Source of the DNA: Tubulanus polymorphus
Lineage: Eukaryota; Animalia; Nemertea
Direction of reading: 5' to 3'
Length of the DNA: 64,000 nt
Assembly (NCBI RefSeq): GCF_964204645.1
Contig: NC_134026.1
Coordinates: 5,851,950 to 5,915,949 of the forward strand
In this document: one piece after another, positions 36,692 through 51,799 of the stretch
Layout of the letters: the number at the start of each line of letters is the position of its first letter
Numbering within the stretch: position 1 is the stretch's first letter
Notes under the pieces: model-generated
Told to the model about the DNA's origin: nothing
What the model saw: the letters and a program-made list of their open reading frames with translations, nothing else
The model's database searches: none
Position numbers and translations under genes: made by a program

Positions 36692-37031
36692 GTCTTTTAT
36701 TCGTCGGAAAACGTGTGAAAATATGGTTAAAATGATGCAACTTCTACTCGATCATATCCAATGCCGGGTACGGTTCCGGGTGTGCCTACATTTCGGATCG
36801 AGGACTTGACTTTAATGAAACTAATTTAGGAAACAAATCGCCTTGAAAGACTCCTTGGTATCAGCTGGATTCTCAATTTGATTTTCGCCCCAAGTTTAAG
36901 AGCGTTAAAGCTGTTTAGTTCTTTACCACTCTACATCACGGAAGTCCGTTAATTTCATTAATTTAGTTATATTTTGATAATGTTAGTCCCCGTTTCGTAT
37001 CCGCGATGTAGGAGAAACGAAGGAAAGGAAA
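36692..37031. promoter_or_regulatory. Probable bidirectional promoter EIF2S1/HECTD3
   Basis: About 340 nt between the putative EIF2S1 first-exon donor and the HECTD3 ATG; ETS-like GTTCCGG (~36773) and CGGAAGT (~36939). Confidence 0.55.
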
Positions 37032-40000
37032 ATGGCTCAACAGAGTCGAAGCGAAAGTAGACCTTTAAATCCTCGCGAGAGAATAGCCAGGATCCGATGT
37101 TTGAAGGAGTGCATCTCGTGTTTTGAATCCGACAAACCCCTACCCGAACCCGTATGTTATGTGGCGAAACAAATCAAATACGCTCGAACTTTACAACAAC
37201 AAGACGAACCGATCCCTTTTTACGAGAAACCTTTGAAAACTAGTGAAGTCGTTTTTACGCTTCCCCCGTCCCCAGTGGAACGACGAGCGGATATTTTAAC
37301 GAACCTGCCGTCAGATGGAAGAGAAATACCGGCACTGCCGCATCATTGCGCAGATCGTGTCACGGCGTCCGGTGAGGAATTGTGTAATGCTGAAGGGCAA
37401 TGGTTAAAAGTATTTCAGGTGCGTCATACTGTTGTGTGGTCACTGCGGTGGCAGAACTTACTTACTTATTGTAAGTTTGTCATGAATGTAAGCCCAAATG
37501 TATGGGTTCTATGTTGATCTTGGTCTAACTGCAGTTTAGAAGTGTTGTTAGTTATTATTTACGCAACTTGTATCAATAGTTCATATTTTAAGCAATGCGC
37601 CTACAGCGGTTAGCGTAAATAATGTGAATACCCACCTGCCAGAGATTGTGCCTGTGACATTACAGAATGTCGATCAATCAAAAAACAAAGTGGCGGCTTT
37701 TTCAACCGCAAAAAGTTCAGGTTGTACAACATGATTTTACTCGGCAAAACTGAGCAAGTTGATACAAAAGTTGGCGGAAACCACTGGGTAGCGCTGTGGT
37801 TAGGTTAGGTACAACAAAGCCATTAGGGATACCTAAACTGGAGTGGTCCTATCAAACATGACAATCCCCTGCAGTAGAACTTGAGAAAGTTCGTGCACCA
37901 GTTTCTGTAATATTGGAGTTGTTAGATTGTCTAGCATTTCTCAAAATGGAGATGGTCAATAGGATTTAATCTAATTTTGGTAATTTCATATAAGCTTATA
38001 GGCCTACATGGTTTGGACAATTTAATTTTAGTTAGGCCTATATCAAAGAGGTTACTTAAGTGGTGCACTGTTTGAATTACATTTACTTTCAGGTTCAAAT
38101 ATTTTCACAGCCAGAACCTAAAGATTTCGATCCGCCGGTTTGGCTATTGTTGTACGATGTACAGAAAAAGACAGCTGGAAAAATGGTGCAAACATTCATC
38201 GACTTACAGGACTATGAATCTGAAATACAGAACAATGTGAAGTTAAAACAAATATCACAGTAAGACAAATGGTTCTGTGGCCAGAACTTTACAAAGCCCT
38301 TTAAGAGATGTACAAATTTATAATTCTTTTAATATTTTGTATGGTAAATGTTTTTTGATAAGGCATTTGCACTCGTAATTCAAACAGTTTTTATCATCAT
38401 TTTAGTTGGTTGGATTATATCGACCGTCATTACTCGCTTCATCCCGCCCAAATACCGATCGTTCCACCAGATGTTAGTGCTGTCTCGAAAATGCGTTCGA
38501 CGCCGAATTTGTGGAGCAAAGATTGCGACGCCGATTTGGTGAAATTTCTGTCGAGTGAAAAGGTTACGCCGGTCAACGAAAATTTGGGAAGTATGAAGTA
38601 CTACGTCGAAAATATTGAAGTATCCACGTACTGTGATAGGGCATTTTGTGTGAGTAGTATTTAACACTTTTATGACGTAATGAAGGTTTATTTCACCATT
38701 GAATTCTTCAATTAATCATCATGGGATTCAAATGATTTAATGGTCCTCAGTCAGATCCTGCTGCAGTTTCAACCTTGTACAGTAAACCTCGTCTAACTAA
38801 GGCATGTCCAACACGGACATTTGACTTACTCACTCACTTTACTCTGACCAATTTTGCTGGTTCCAGTCCGTACGAGTGAGGCTAACATGTAACGAAATAT
38901 AGTTCATCTGCATCCGACACCCCTTATATGTATCGCCCAACTCTATCTTGACGCGATTTTGATTGGGGTTTATTGCGAATTGACCCCACCACCGAGCTGA
39001 TGATGATTTTTTGTCCGGTTTTAGGAAGATGGTGTAGCAGAGAACCTCACTGATGGGGATGGTGAAACTTTCTGGGAAAGTGACGGCCAACAGGGAAATC
39101 ATTGGGTTCGACTTCAGATGAAGAAAGGCACTATCATCAAGTATGTCTTTCTAATAATGATGAATCATGATGGTATATATTTTCTTGCATAGCGCAGTTA
39201 TAAAAGCTGAACCACTGCACTTTACATGCTAAAACTACATTATAAAAAGTACTCATTGAAAAATAATCACCGTAGGTGTTAATAAAAAGAAAGGCATTCA
39301 GTCTAATTTGAAGTCTGAGACAAATAGAAACTTATTTCTCGCATACTGTTGACAGCTTATCGTCTTTTCGCATGTTAGATAAAGAAAAGACTTAACATAA
39401 GTCTCAATAAGGTCATATTTAAATTCATTTTTAGTACGGGACATTTTCCTGTATGAATATTGATAATTGTGATGAGATATTGCATGTGTTTATACATGTA
39501 TCTGTAGGAAGTTATACATAGTCGTTGATGCTGAAGATGGTAATTATATTCCTCATCATATCGTAGTCAGCGGTGGTTTATGGGGAAATCTCAAAAAGTT
39601 GAACGAAGTCTACATTGAACAGTAAGTGAACATTCAGCCCAGCAGGGACTTCAGTAGTCCCAGCGGGCTTTCCGTTCCCTTTTCGTCCATCCGTCCATCC
39701 GTAGACGGAATCCAGTTGCTGTTGAAAGTTTTGAAGATGCTCCACTGGATTGGATTGATATTTATCTACCCTAGAGGCATCTGCAGCCCAAAAATAGGCG
39801 CAATCAGATTCAAAATAGGTGACTGTCAATAGGTGACTGTTTTTGCTGAAATGATTACTTATGACACATTTTTGAAGTTTTTAAGGAAAATCTTTAGATT
39901 GTCAAGCATTTCACCAACTAGTCATCGTGGGCCTCCATTTTGGCTTTGCTCTCATAAGTTGAAGTTGTCTGACCTGTTCTCTTGAAAATGATAGCTGAAC

Positions 40001-43000
40001 TCAAATGTTACTCCTGTAATTACTAGTCATCTGATTTTTCCGTAATTTCAGGCCGAATGCGGGACAAGAAGATGTGTGCATTTTAGAAGATATGACTGAA
40101 CATTATCCAGACATTGTGATATCTATAAAAGAATGTAAAGGTACGGTTTCCTTGGATATATTTATGATCAAAATGGTTTCCTCATGTGGCACCTGTACTT
40201 TTACCGCAACCACCCATAAAAATTCTGCTGAGTTGATGTCAATGTCAAACAAGGATAGTTGCTTTGTTATGAGTAATGAGTTGATGTGACAGAGCATACC
40301 AGAGTTAAGCTTATTGGTTCTTGGGCTTCCATTACGAGACCCTGTCTGTCTGTGTTTCAGCGACTTAGCTATGATGGAAGTCTAGTTGCACAGTGCGGCA
40401 GCACTAGGCACTAAGAACTCCTTGAAAATGACCTGATAACTGAAGGACGGGGTCAAAATTCAATGAAGTTGTCTTAACAAAATTTAGCTATTGGCCCTAG
40501 ATATAGCATATTTAAAATGCGGGGTCAAAAGTCTGAGCCCGAGAACCGTTTTGTCGCCTATTATAGCTTGTTTTTCAATATTTTTGTTGTGGAGACCCCA
40601 AAACCCCAACCAAAAAAGAATTGCAACTTCGACACTCCGATGGCCATGATGAAACAATGATCAATAGATTCAACCCTCTAAAGTCCCTGTAGGCTGAAGA
40701 ACACTGAGAGAAACACTGTATCTTTACAGTTGCCGATAGATGTATTTATATCAAAGTACTACCATTGAACCGTTTGATTTCAGATGATGGCATTGATGTT
40801 CGTTTACATGGTATTAAAATCAAATCGACTAAAGAACGAGATTTAGGTCTTAGCGTCGACGTATTTATTCCGTCTCAACTGATCAGATACCCGAAACTGG
40901 AAAGTTTTGAACCTGAAGTATTATACAGGCGAGCTTTACTCCTACAAAGGTAGGCGATTATAGATCGCATTCACCGTATTGGCTGTTTCTTTGATTCAGC
41001 GGCCAGCACTTGAGTGTGAAAAACCTCTTTTGATGCTTAGAACAATGATTTGTTTTTCAAGGATTGTAACTTTGTTGGATAGCGTACTGATTTTCCTCGT
41101 ACCAACGTGGGAGCATTCATTAGCAACTTTCAGCTCATTAGAGGTAAATATAAAATTGAATAAGATTTGCTGTTCAATTTGCTGTTATTTCTTCATAAAG
41201 ATGATATGGTATCTAGGTATGGTGTCGTACTCTTTTTTCAGATAATTCGGATGTTGTTGCCAATTTCCAAGAAGAGAACGGCTCTGATCGAAACAATGCT
41301 CAGGGAATCCGAAAATACGTACGTTTGTTTATTATGATTTCCTAACTAAAATTTTAGGCCTATACGATATACGATCTTATCACTTTCATACAAGTTAGAA
41401 TATTGTTGTCATTATTTCGTAGATGTAGGACATCAGGGAAAAGTCAGGGAATTTTATTTTCTTTAAGAAAGTCAATAGTAATAGGGAAATTTGTGAAATA
41501 GCTAAAAATCAGGCAAAAGTCAATTGCGATTGCTAGATCACTCGTAAAATCAAACAGTTTCTGCCTACACCTTACGTATTTGACTGTGTTATTTGATTGA
41601 ATTCTTGGCAGATCAGTCAGTGAAAACAATGCACATGTCGGGGGATAGTCAGGAAAAATCAAGTCAAATAGATGTGGCCACCCTATAATGTTTGTCACGG
41701 TTGTATAGCTGGCTAAGAATATGAAAAATTGTTCTTTTTTCAGGAGACCGTTTAGTCTTTATAAACTATACATAGATCGCCGTGCTGCTGTAGAACACAG
41801 ATTAGACGCGTCGCAAGATGCAACGTCGAAAAACTCTGTCTTCATGCAAATATACGATGGCTTGAAACGTAGGGATAAGTTCCAGAAGCCGCTTGACTAC
41901 AGGTACGTACATATGTATGGTGAAAATAGATCAAGTGAAATGTCATCTTTTTCTTCAATTTTTCACCTTCATCAACCTATAGCCAGTAGAATGTTGACGT
42001 CCCTGAAGTATGATGGGATTTTTGCCAAAATTTGGAGAACTCTGGATAATTCGGATAATGCTATTGACCACGTGTTGCTTTATCAATGCATGATTCGATG
42101 AAAAATGAATGAATTGTAACATTTTAAACCTAGAAATTTCTCTGATTCACTCGGAGAATTTTGTGTAATCGCATGGAAATATTGGGGAAAAACTCAGGGA
42201 ATTTCTAAATGGGCGGAAATCCTGCATGGGACAAACTTGGAAAATTTTGAATTCTAGTAAATGCGGGAACAGCGATATTAATTCTCTGTTGCCATCTCAC
42301 TGATTAGGTGGTCTGTGAAACATAATCAATGGTGGGAATGTAAATTTCTCGGTGAAGGCATCATGGATCAAGGCGGAGGATTTCGCGACAGTTTGTCCGA
42401 CTTGGCCGAGGAGTTGTGTCCGAGTGCCAGTGACGTTCCGGTGCCATTACCATTCTTCATCAGATCTCCAAATCAGGTATAAAACCGTTATGAATGACCT
42501 GACGTGGTCTTTAATCCAACACTGAGCAACTGGTACTAGGCATTGATTAACCTATTTTCTGTGAATATTGTGAACACCATAACAACCCTTACTGTTATAG
42601 TGCATCTAGCCGCGGTGCGGTGTATCATTAGTTTCTAATATTCCACTGTTTCACAGTTGCTGCCATCTTTCAATAGATATAAAAAAAATAGGCGTCTAAT
42701 CACATCTCATTTTGTTTTTCAGTCTCACGAAGATTCGAACGTCAATCGTGATGTGTACATTCCAAATCCGTCGTGTAAAGACTTCATGAAGTATCACTGG
42801 ATCGGTCAATTGATGGGAGCTTGTTTCCGCAGTAAAGAAAACCTAGTCCTCTCGTTACCTCAATTCACCTGGAAACAATTAGGCGGCGAAACGGTGACGT
42901 GGTCACGAGATTTCGTTACGATCGATACTGCTGAGGTGAGTGCATATCTCATTCAGAGGCCTACCTTCCAACGTTGAATATTTTATTCGCTCAATTATTC

Positions 43001-45808
43001 GATTGTTGTCAGCTCAGAAGCTCTGCCCCAACAGGATTTGAATCTGTGACCCAAAGACAAGACCCACATTGAGGACCTATTGCTTAACCAATTTATGTTG
43101 TTAAATGTTTCTGGAGCCAGCTACTAAGTAATTTAGCTAGCCTGTTCCTGATTAAAAGGCTACCAGATTAGGAATAGAGCACCAAATTAACTGTTACATT
43201 TACTGAGATAAACAGTACCAATAGGAGGTGTCTACAGTAAATTGGGATCTGAAAGTGATACAGACTGTTCTCATAATTTGAAACTTTTTCCTGGAAAACT
43301 CCTTGAAAACTCCTAATATCCAGGGATGACTGATCTGTGGGGACCCTGTCTAGATAAAATACGAATAAGTTATCAAAACACAGCATTGAAGCTATGGCAG
43401 CCGACAGACTGCTTATTAAAATAGTCACACTTAACATTCTACAATTGAACTGGATCCTGACTCAAATTTCAATGAATTCCAGGTGAAACTGATCGAAAGT
43501 ATGATTATGATGGATGAGGAAACATTCGTCGCGCATTTCGGAGATTATCTTATGTGGTGTACGGTACTCAGCGACGGTACGACCGTCGAGCTCAAACCAA
43601 ATGGTGCTAATATTCCGGTGTTGTACGATGAGAGAAACGAATTTTGTCGACAAGTTCAAAAGCTACGCATGACCGAAGCAGACGAACAGGTACAGATGAT
43701 CGGTTATACTACCACTCATTCGACATTGATTCCTCAAAAACTCCTTAACCGTAAAAGCTTTTGAATTTGTTTGAAATTTGATTTAGTTGATATCTTCAGA
43801 TTATTAGTTATTAATTCCCCGAAAACATTCATCGGTCTTTACAAAGCATTGAAGTAAGTCTGTTTATCAAAGGCTTCAATGCAGACTTTGGAAGATGCTG
43901 TAAAATATTTGACTCGTAAATATTGACATCTGCCATAAGCCCCTTCCCCCGCCCTCCCGACTTGATTTGATCATAAGCTTGAATCGATAGCAGTCAGGTG
44001 ATCATCATTATTGCTGGTGTATTGAATTCTCTTGTCTTGATTTTTTCAGGTGAACGCGATAAGGAAAGGATTATTAGAAGTTGTTCCGGAACCGGTGATA
44101 CAATTGATGTCATGGCAACAGTTGGAACTACGAGTATGTGGAGATCCAGAGATTACAATTGATGCTCTCAAAAAAACGAGTAAGATCATTTTCTATATTT
44201 CGGACCAATAGTCAGTCGTATTCGAATCATGCATCCAGTTCTGCTTGATCTAACTTGACTCACTAAAACCTGGAAAACTCAGGAAATCGGAAGAATCAAG
44301 ATAAAATAAGGGAAAACTAAGGGAATTTTAAAAGATAAATTGTAGCATATTAAACCTAGAAATTTATCTGATCACTCAGGGAAGGAATTTCATGTAATGA
44401 CAGGGAAAACTCATTTTCAAGGGCATTTGAAAAAATTTACCCGAAAGTTTATAGAAAACTTAGGGAAATTGTATTATGCTATTGACCACGTGTTTCTTTA
44501 TCAGTACATGATTCAATGAAAAATGAATGAATTGTAACATATTAAATGTAGAAATTTCTATGGTTCACTCGGGGAATTTCATGTAATCAGGTTCGATAAA
44601 AAGTTTGCCATCTTCCTCCCTAATGTCCATTAGTTTAGCTTTAACCTAGCATACAGTACAGGAAATGATATTGATAGTTCGATGCAATGATTGTTTCATT
44701 TTTTTGTAGCACATTTTGACGATTTAGATCAGTCCGATCTGAGAGTGAAATACATGTGGGAGGCGTTGTCTTCGTTCTCGAATGAAGATCGTAGTCGATT
44801 TCTGAGATTTGTCACCGGTCGCCGTCGTCTGCCGACTCCGTTATACGTTTATCCGGATAAAGAGTATGTTATCTTTCACTTAAATGAAATGAAAAACTAA
44901 ATCAGGGGAACCATCAATGACCGGGGCTGTGCTAATAAGAAATTTCTTTCATTATTCATTTCTAAGGCCACTACCCAGTCTGCCATGAACATGCCAATAG
45001 AAAGAAATATGTAACCTTAAACTATGCAAACATTCAAGAATCAAAAATGAATTTTGAGAGTGTCCCTTAGTCCCTTAACATGGCATTGTAAACATTGGTC
45101 AACATTAAATGATCGTAGAACAACTGATACCAGCCAAATTGCATAACTGTCGCCTGGATGAAATATGCTAGTTTCGATTTATATTTCAGATTGGCCGAAG
45201 ATGGATTACCAGAAGCCTCTACGTGCTCAAATACTCTTCATCTTCCGAACTACTCTAGGTGCGTAGCATTTCCATTGTTATCAAGTCAGAGTGATATTTT
45301 ATATTGTTGCTGTGATTTTAGAAATGCCATTTCGTATGACAAAGTAATATTTGAGGTCGCTATCTTTCCCTCTTCGGTTAAAGAAGATGGGTCCATTAAA
45401 AACGTAGAAGATAGAATAACCACTCTCTGACGTGGAAAATAGATTGATAAGTTTTGAGCCGCTATAAACGAAATTTAAAAGATTAAAACAAATCTTATTT
45501 ATCAAAAATTAACATCAAATGCCACATTGACACTCTAGAGACCATTGTCTATAGAGAGTCCGAAACGTTGTCTTCTAATTTTTGATTAAAAAATTTGCTT
45601 TTAAACTTTGTATATAGTGGGTTTTAAACTCATCATCTATTTTGTATTAGTTTTAATCTTCTGAATTTTGTATATAGTAGGTTTTAAACTATTACGTATG
45701 AAATGATTCTCAATTTTCTTCAGTGCCAAAATTGCGGAAGAGAAATTGCGTTATGCCGCCTATAATTGCGTGGCCATCGACACCGATATGGATGCGTGGG
45801 ACGAATGA
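37032..45808 (+). CDS. HECTD3: E3 ubiquitin ligase HECTD3 (DOC/APC10 + HECT), ~875 aa
   Basis: 17 in-frame exons: 37032-37418, 38093-38259, 38406-38649, 39025-39140, 39508-39621, 40052-40140, 40784-40949, 41062-41143, 41242-41318, 41744-41902, 42308-42476, 42723-42935, 43483-43689, 44050-44179, 44710-44863, 45190-45258, 45724-45808. Motifs [57 protein letters not shown] (catalytic Cys), YNCVAIDTD. Confidence 0.95.
39626..39950 (+). mobile_element. Helentron-associated (HINE/DINE-1-like) non-autonomous element
   Basis: 5' short IR (agccc...gggct) followed by a (GTCC/ATCC)n microsatellite, then a core shared with 47163-47546 (ccgtagac.gaatccagtt...tttgaagatgct...catctgca.cccaaaa). Confidence 0.6.
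43022..43092 (-). pseudogene. Degenerate tRNA-derived SINE head / tRNA-like relic
   Basis: The minus strand reads TGGTTAAGC (A-box-like) ... CACAGATTCAAATCCTGTTGGGGCA (B-box/T-arm-like); no intact cloverleaf. Confidence 0.35.
45436..45690. mobile_element. Penelope-like inverted-repeat relic in the last HECTD3 intron
   Basis: Diverged IR arms 45436-45511 and 45576-45643 around a hairpin followed by CGAAACGTTGTC. Confidence 0.45.
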
Positions 45809-46486
45809 GTGAGTGATTCGTCGACGACATTCTCAACTAAAACTAGCTGTGATATGACTCGAAGTGATCAATGATAAATAACATTTCTGCAATACGGCGT
45901 TTATTCTACGATAGATGAATGCGCGTGAGTGTGAGCGTAAAAAAAAAACCAAGAGATATATAGGAACTGGGGCTTACATTAGATATCGCAAAACGTGGTT
46001 ATAGGAAGTATTATAGTGTAGACTCAGCTGGCTCCCTTGATTCGAGTGCATGTTCTCAATTATCCCAGGACACCCGATTTTGCTGCTTCGATTGCGGATA
46101 AGTTAAATTAGCCTCTCTCATAAATCTGCCTATGATATCATCAGATTGCCGTCTGGTAGTGCCTAGTTGTCACTGAAAAAACTAATCGGTAATCAATTAT
46201 TAGCCACCAATGGAACTAATCTTAAAATGATGCAACGATATTTTCCTCAAGCAGTATTATCGGATGAAAATGTTGATTCATGTTAGATCTGGCATCAATG
46301 TTCTATAAAAAAAAGTGCTTTTGCTTTGTTTACCCCTGTGGGGTATATTTTGTTGAATTTGTATTATATTTTAGTAACATCGGTTGTCAGAAGATACCCA
46401 TGCAAAACATTTTGCTAGGTCGATCTGCTACTTTCAACATATTATGGGCTCTTATCGTGCATACTACCATGTGCCTTCATCTATGG

Positions 46487-46758
46487 TATCCTCCCCTACC
46501 AGGGATTCAAACCTAATGGCATCGCCAGGCTCGGCCATGGCACGAAACCATGCGACAGTAAAACGTGTGCAGCTTAGATGTAAACCAATTGGAAATTCTG
46601 TTTATTTTATCTGTGCAATTTGTCTCGGCGCTATACAACGGACAATTTGATCGGTGCTGCAAGTTTTCTTGCAGCAAACCTGCGCACCCAGTCTAGTGTG
46701 GCAGGGTTTCATGCCGTGGCTAATGCCATCAGGTTCGAATCCTTGTCTGGGGAGGATG
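46487..46758. mobile_element. MITE with B-box-containing TIRs, copy 2
   Basis: TATCCTCCCCTACCAGGGATTCAAACCTAATGGCAT ... ATGCCATCAGGTTCGAATCCTTGTCTGGGGAGGATG. Confidence 0.75.
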
Positions 46759-47162
46759 CATGGATGACTGATGAAACTTGCTATGTCAACCTCAAATCAT
46801 GTTCTTTTGGAATTTAACATATCTTGCAATGCCTTTATTCGTACAGTTTACAGTATAATTATTCGGACAGCTAAAGATTATTAAACCCTTTAAGCAACAC
46901 GAAGGATTGTTGAAATAAATATTTTGGATACTGATGGAAAGTAATCAAGCCAGGTACATTCCCATCACTCAGACTAAGTACTCTTCTGTGTTCTCGACGA
47001 AATACTCAAATATTTCCTATAATCTTTCTATCATCGGTCAGTAGTCTACAACCCTAGCAGTGTGAATCTAGTGAGGTGGAATAATGTTATCTGTTATCTG
47101 TATAGCATATTAGAAAGAATAATTTTTGCCATGTAGCATACAACACCTTATGCACAGGTTTT

Positions 47163-47546
47163 TGTTAGCCAACTTGGAAGTCGCAGCCGGCTATTGTGTT
47201 CACTTTTCAGTCTGTCCGTCCGTAGACAGAATCCAGTTACTTCGAGATGATTTGAAGATGCTTCAAGGGTTTGTCTTAATATTTGGTTCATCTGCAACCC
47301 CAAAATTGGCCCAATCAGAATCAAGATGGTCGAGTACTTTTTTCACATTTTAGAAGAAAATGCTTCAATCAATTTTCTTGATGTTTCGCATGTCCATGAA
47401 TCCTCCAGGGTCCTTCATGAGAAAAAAATGGGTCGATCAGACACAAGATGATGGTACCTAGTATTTTGTTTTCCCTACCAGAAATTATCAGATAGTCGAG
47501 CTTCTTACCAAGTGGGCATGTATGGTATTCCAGGACCTCTGGTTAA
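47163..47546 (+). mobile_element. HINE-like element, second copy
   Basis: TTAGCC...GGCTATTGT sub-terminal IR, GTCTGTCCGTCCGT microsatellite, core similar to 39626-39950. Confidence 0.6.
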
Positions 47547-47944
47547 TGTTTGAATTTGATCATGCAGAAGAGCACAGCATTATTAGTTAAATTTCATATC
47601 TTTATTTTAAGTTGATACATAGAATTATGTATGTTTTGCTGGGGTTTAAGTCTCTTTTCAGTTTAACTTAACTGGATGATTATGCAATCTGAATTCAATA
47701 AGCTTGTTTTATAATTTGATGTTAACAAATATTGTACAAAATAAATTATTGAAATAATCAAAAATATATTTAGTTCTTTCTTGATGGTATTTAGTGGAAG
47801 AGCATCACACTATTTTCGAAAGACAAGAGGAAGTGTACTTCATACTGATATAATTTACAGACGAGGCTTCGACTTAATTTATTTCAATAGAATTTTTAAC
47901 CACACAAATTTCTACGACTTGCACGATGATCTGACTTCGAAAAT

Positions 47945-48112
47945 CAGGGGCCAGTTGCTCAAAAGTTGGTTAGAGCATAAAACTTTCGCTTAAAGTTCTA
48001 TGGTTGGTTGGAGTTAATCAGAAAGTTGTCTCGGTGACAATTAAAAGTTCATTGTTATTATGGTATTTATCTGCCAGTTATTTTTAACCAACTTTTGAGC
48101 AACTGTCCCCTG
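47945..48112. mobile_element. MITE with 28-bp TIRs
   Basis: CAGGGGCCAGTTGCTCAAAAGTTGGTTA / TAACCAACTTTTGAGCAACTGTCCCCTG (27/28 match). Confidence 0.85.
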
Positions 48113-48487
48113 AGTTATATTGAGCGAAGGTTATTTAATAAAAGGAGTAAACAGGACCTGTGATTTTTATGCAACTTAAGTGATTATACGACTTCCATCA
48201 GATTTACGCAGAGTTAACTAAAATTTTCCAGTCCTCTGAAGTTCCTTGAGTTGTAACAAACTTGGTACAAAATAAAGAAGCTATTAATGTAGATAATAAA
48301 GATTCATTCTTTTATTTCAAATATCAGTTTGATGATATGTACATTTTCAGAGAAAATATTACCAATCGTATTCTACAGAGTACCATATTTATTTACATTA
48401 CGTACAGTTTCCATTTTCCTTAATTATTTACATTATTTACAGTTTCTTCAATTTTGCATAGAAGTGAATCAGTGCCAGTTGGTGTTC

Positions 48488-50043
<1,556 letters not shown>

Positions 50044-50083
50044 GCTGCACTATTTCATCCGGAATCTATGCAACAATATACAC

Positions 50084-51240
50084 CTACAGAAAAGGATTTT
50101 TAATTAACTGTCACATACTTCGAATCTTGGTACAATAAAATTGATTTGTACTTGAATTGCATTATTGGCATATTTTCTCTTCAGCTAAATCGGCATTTAT
50201 GAATGAAAACAATAGATGACAACAGCAAACGACATCACATTATTCGATATATAATGCATTTAGTCAAACAAATACTAAATAAGATCGCACGAATGATGGT
50301 AATAGGCCTAATCAATAATTTAAAATTTTTACTTCCTGGTCTCCACGTACTATAGTAAATTCCTTCTGTGGCAAGTGAATGAAATACAATTTTATTGGTA
50401 TGCACAGTTTTTTGAAACAACTTCATAATGATTATCGGTTGGTTTATCAGGCTGCAATTGAAATGAGTGAGAGGTTTGTTTTCGATGTTATTTTGGGGTT
50501 AACCTTGAATGGAAGAATAAAGCGAATAAACTACTATTCGATGCGCCCCTGGCAAGTGAACACCGCGCCATCGAGAACCAGGTCGCCGCATCGAGCAGTT
50601 GTGTCTGATACATGGGATCGGAACAAGATTTAATTATCGAAGAGGTAAATTTGCGCTTAACTGCCTTCAGAAATTATAAATACTCCGAATTTATACTGTG
50701 TTCATCAATTGAAGATGGATTAAACTGTAAGGGTTTTGGCAATTCAGAATCTTTTGATTTTATGGGTCATATGTCTGCAAAAAATAGTCAGTTGTGTTCA
50801 GTTGACACTGTGTGTGTGTGTGTGACTGACTGACAGTGTGTGCCATATCATAAGTTAATCAACTCATATTAACTCCAACTCCAACCACGTTTTTATTAAG
50901 GCAACTTGAATCAACACAGATAGAATCGTTCATTCATTTATGCAACACACCTAGGCCTACAACAATTTGCCTACAACGTCCATTTATTTTGTAATAACCA
51001 GACGCGAGAGCCCAACGTGACCAAATTAATCTTCGAGGCGCTTCGATTCGATCTGCAAGATGGCATCTATGTCGACAGTAGCGTTGGGCAATAAATCAAA
51101 GAACAAAATGGTGGCCTTTTCAATCGCAGAAAATTTAGTTTCCGGTTCTAAAGAGTAGGGTCATTTATTTAACGCTATTCGATTTGTACTACTGGAATGT
51201 GATGATCATCAACGATGTGAAGCAATTTGATACGAGTTAG
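50084..51240. promoter_or_regulatory. Probable divergent promoter region SMIM7/CUEDC1
   Basis: YY1-like AAGATGGC (~51057) and AAAATGG (~51105), TTCCGG (~51140). Likely CUEDC1 5' UTR exon with donor gttagt at ~51236 and acceptor at ~51588. Confidence 0.45.
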
Positions 51241-51799
51241 TTGAATAAAAATATCTTAGTGTGGGGGATTAGGTCTACAAGATTGAATCTGACAGACCGC
51301 AGGCTTAGCAATGTCAAATCTTTTTTAAATTATTGAATCTTCTTTGAGTTCAATTCATTTCATCCTCCCCCAGCTGGTATTCAAACCTGATGGCGTCGCT
51401 AGACTTAGCCACGGCACGTGCATGCGGAGGTTTGCTACACAAAGCTAATCAGATAAATGACTAATTAGTCATATAGGTAGCCTACCCGACAAAGCTACTT
51501 GACGCTAGTAGCAAAAGCTTGCACTTTGAATGAATTTAGTTACCCCTATGAGACAGATTTATTATTTTTGTCCTCTATTTTCTTTCAGGTTTACTCTTAA
51601 TGGTTATACGCAAATTGAATATTTTCAACCGAGACAAAATAGCTATCAGGATAATCACGTGTAGATAATGATGAATCAAGCCAAGTTCGCAATGATCATT
51701 TTGAAATTATGCGGATGATTGAAATTATGCGAATCGAGACAACAATCATTTAGAGACATTTTTTTACGAGAAATAGAAGAAATAACGACCCAAAAAACA

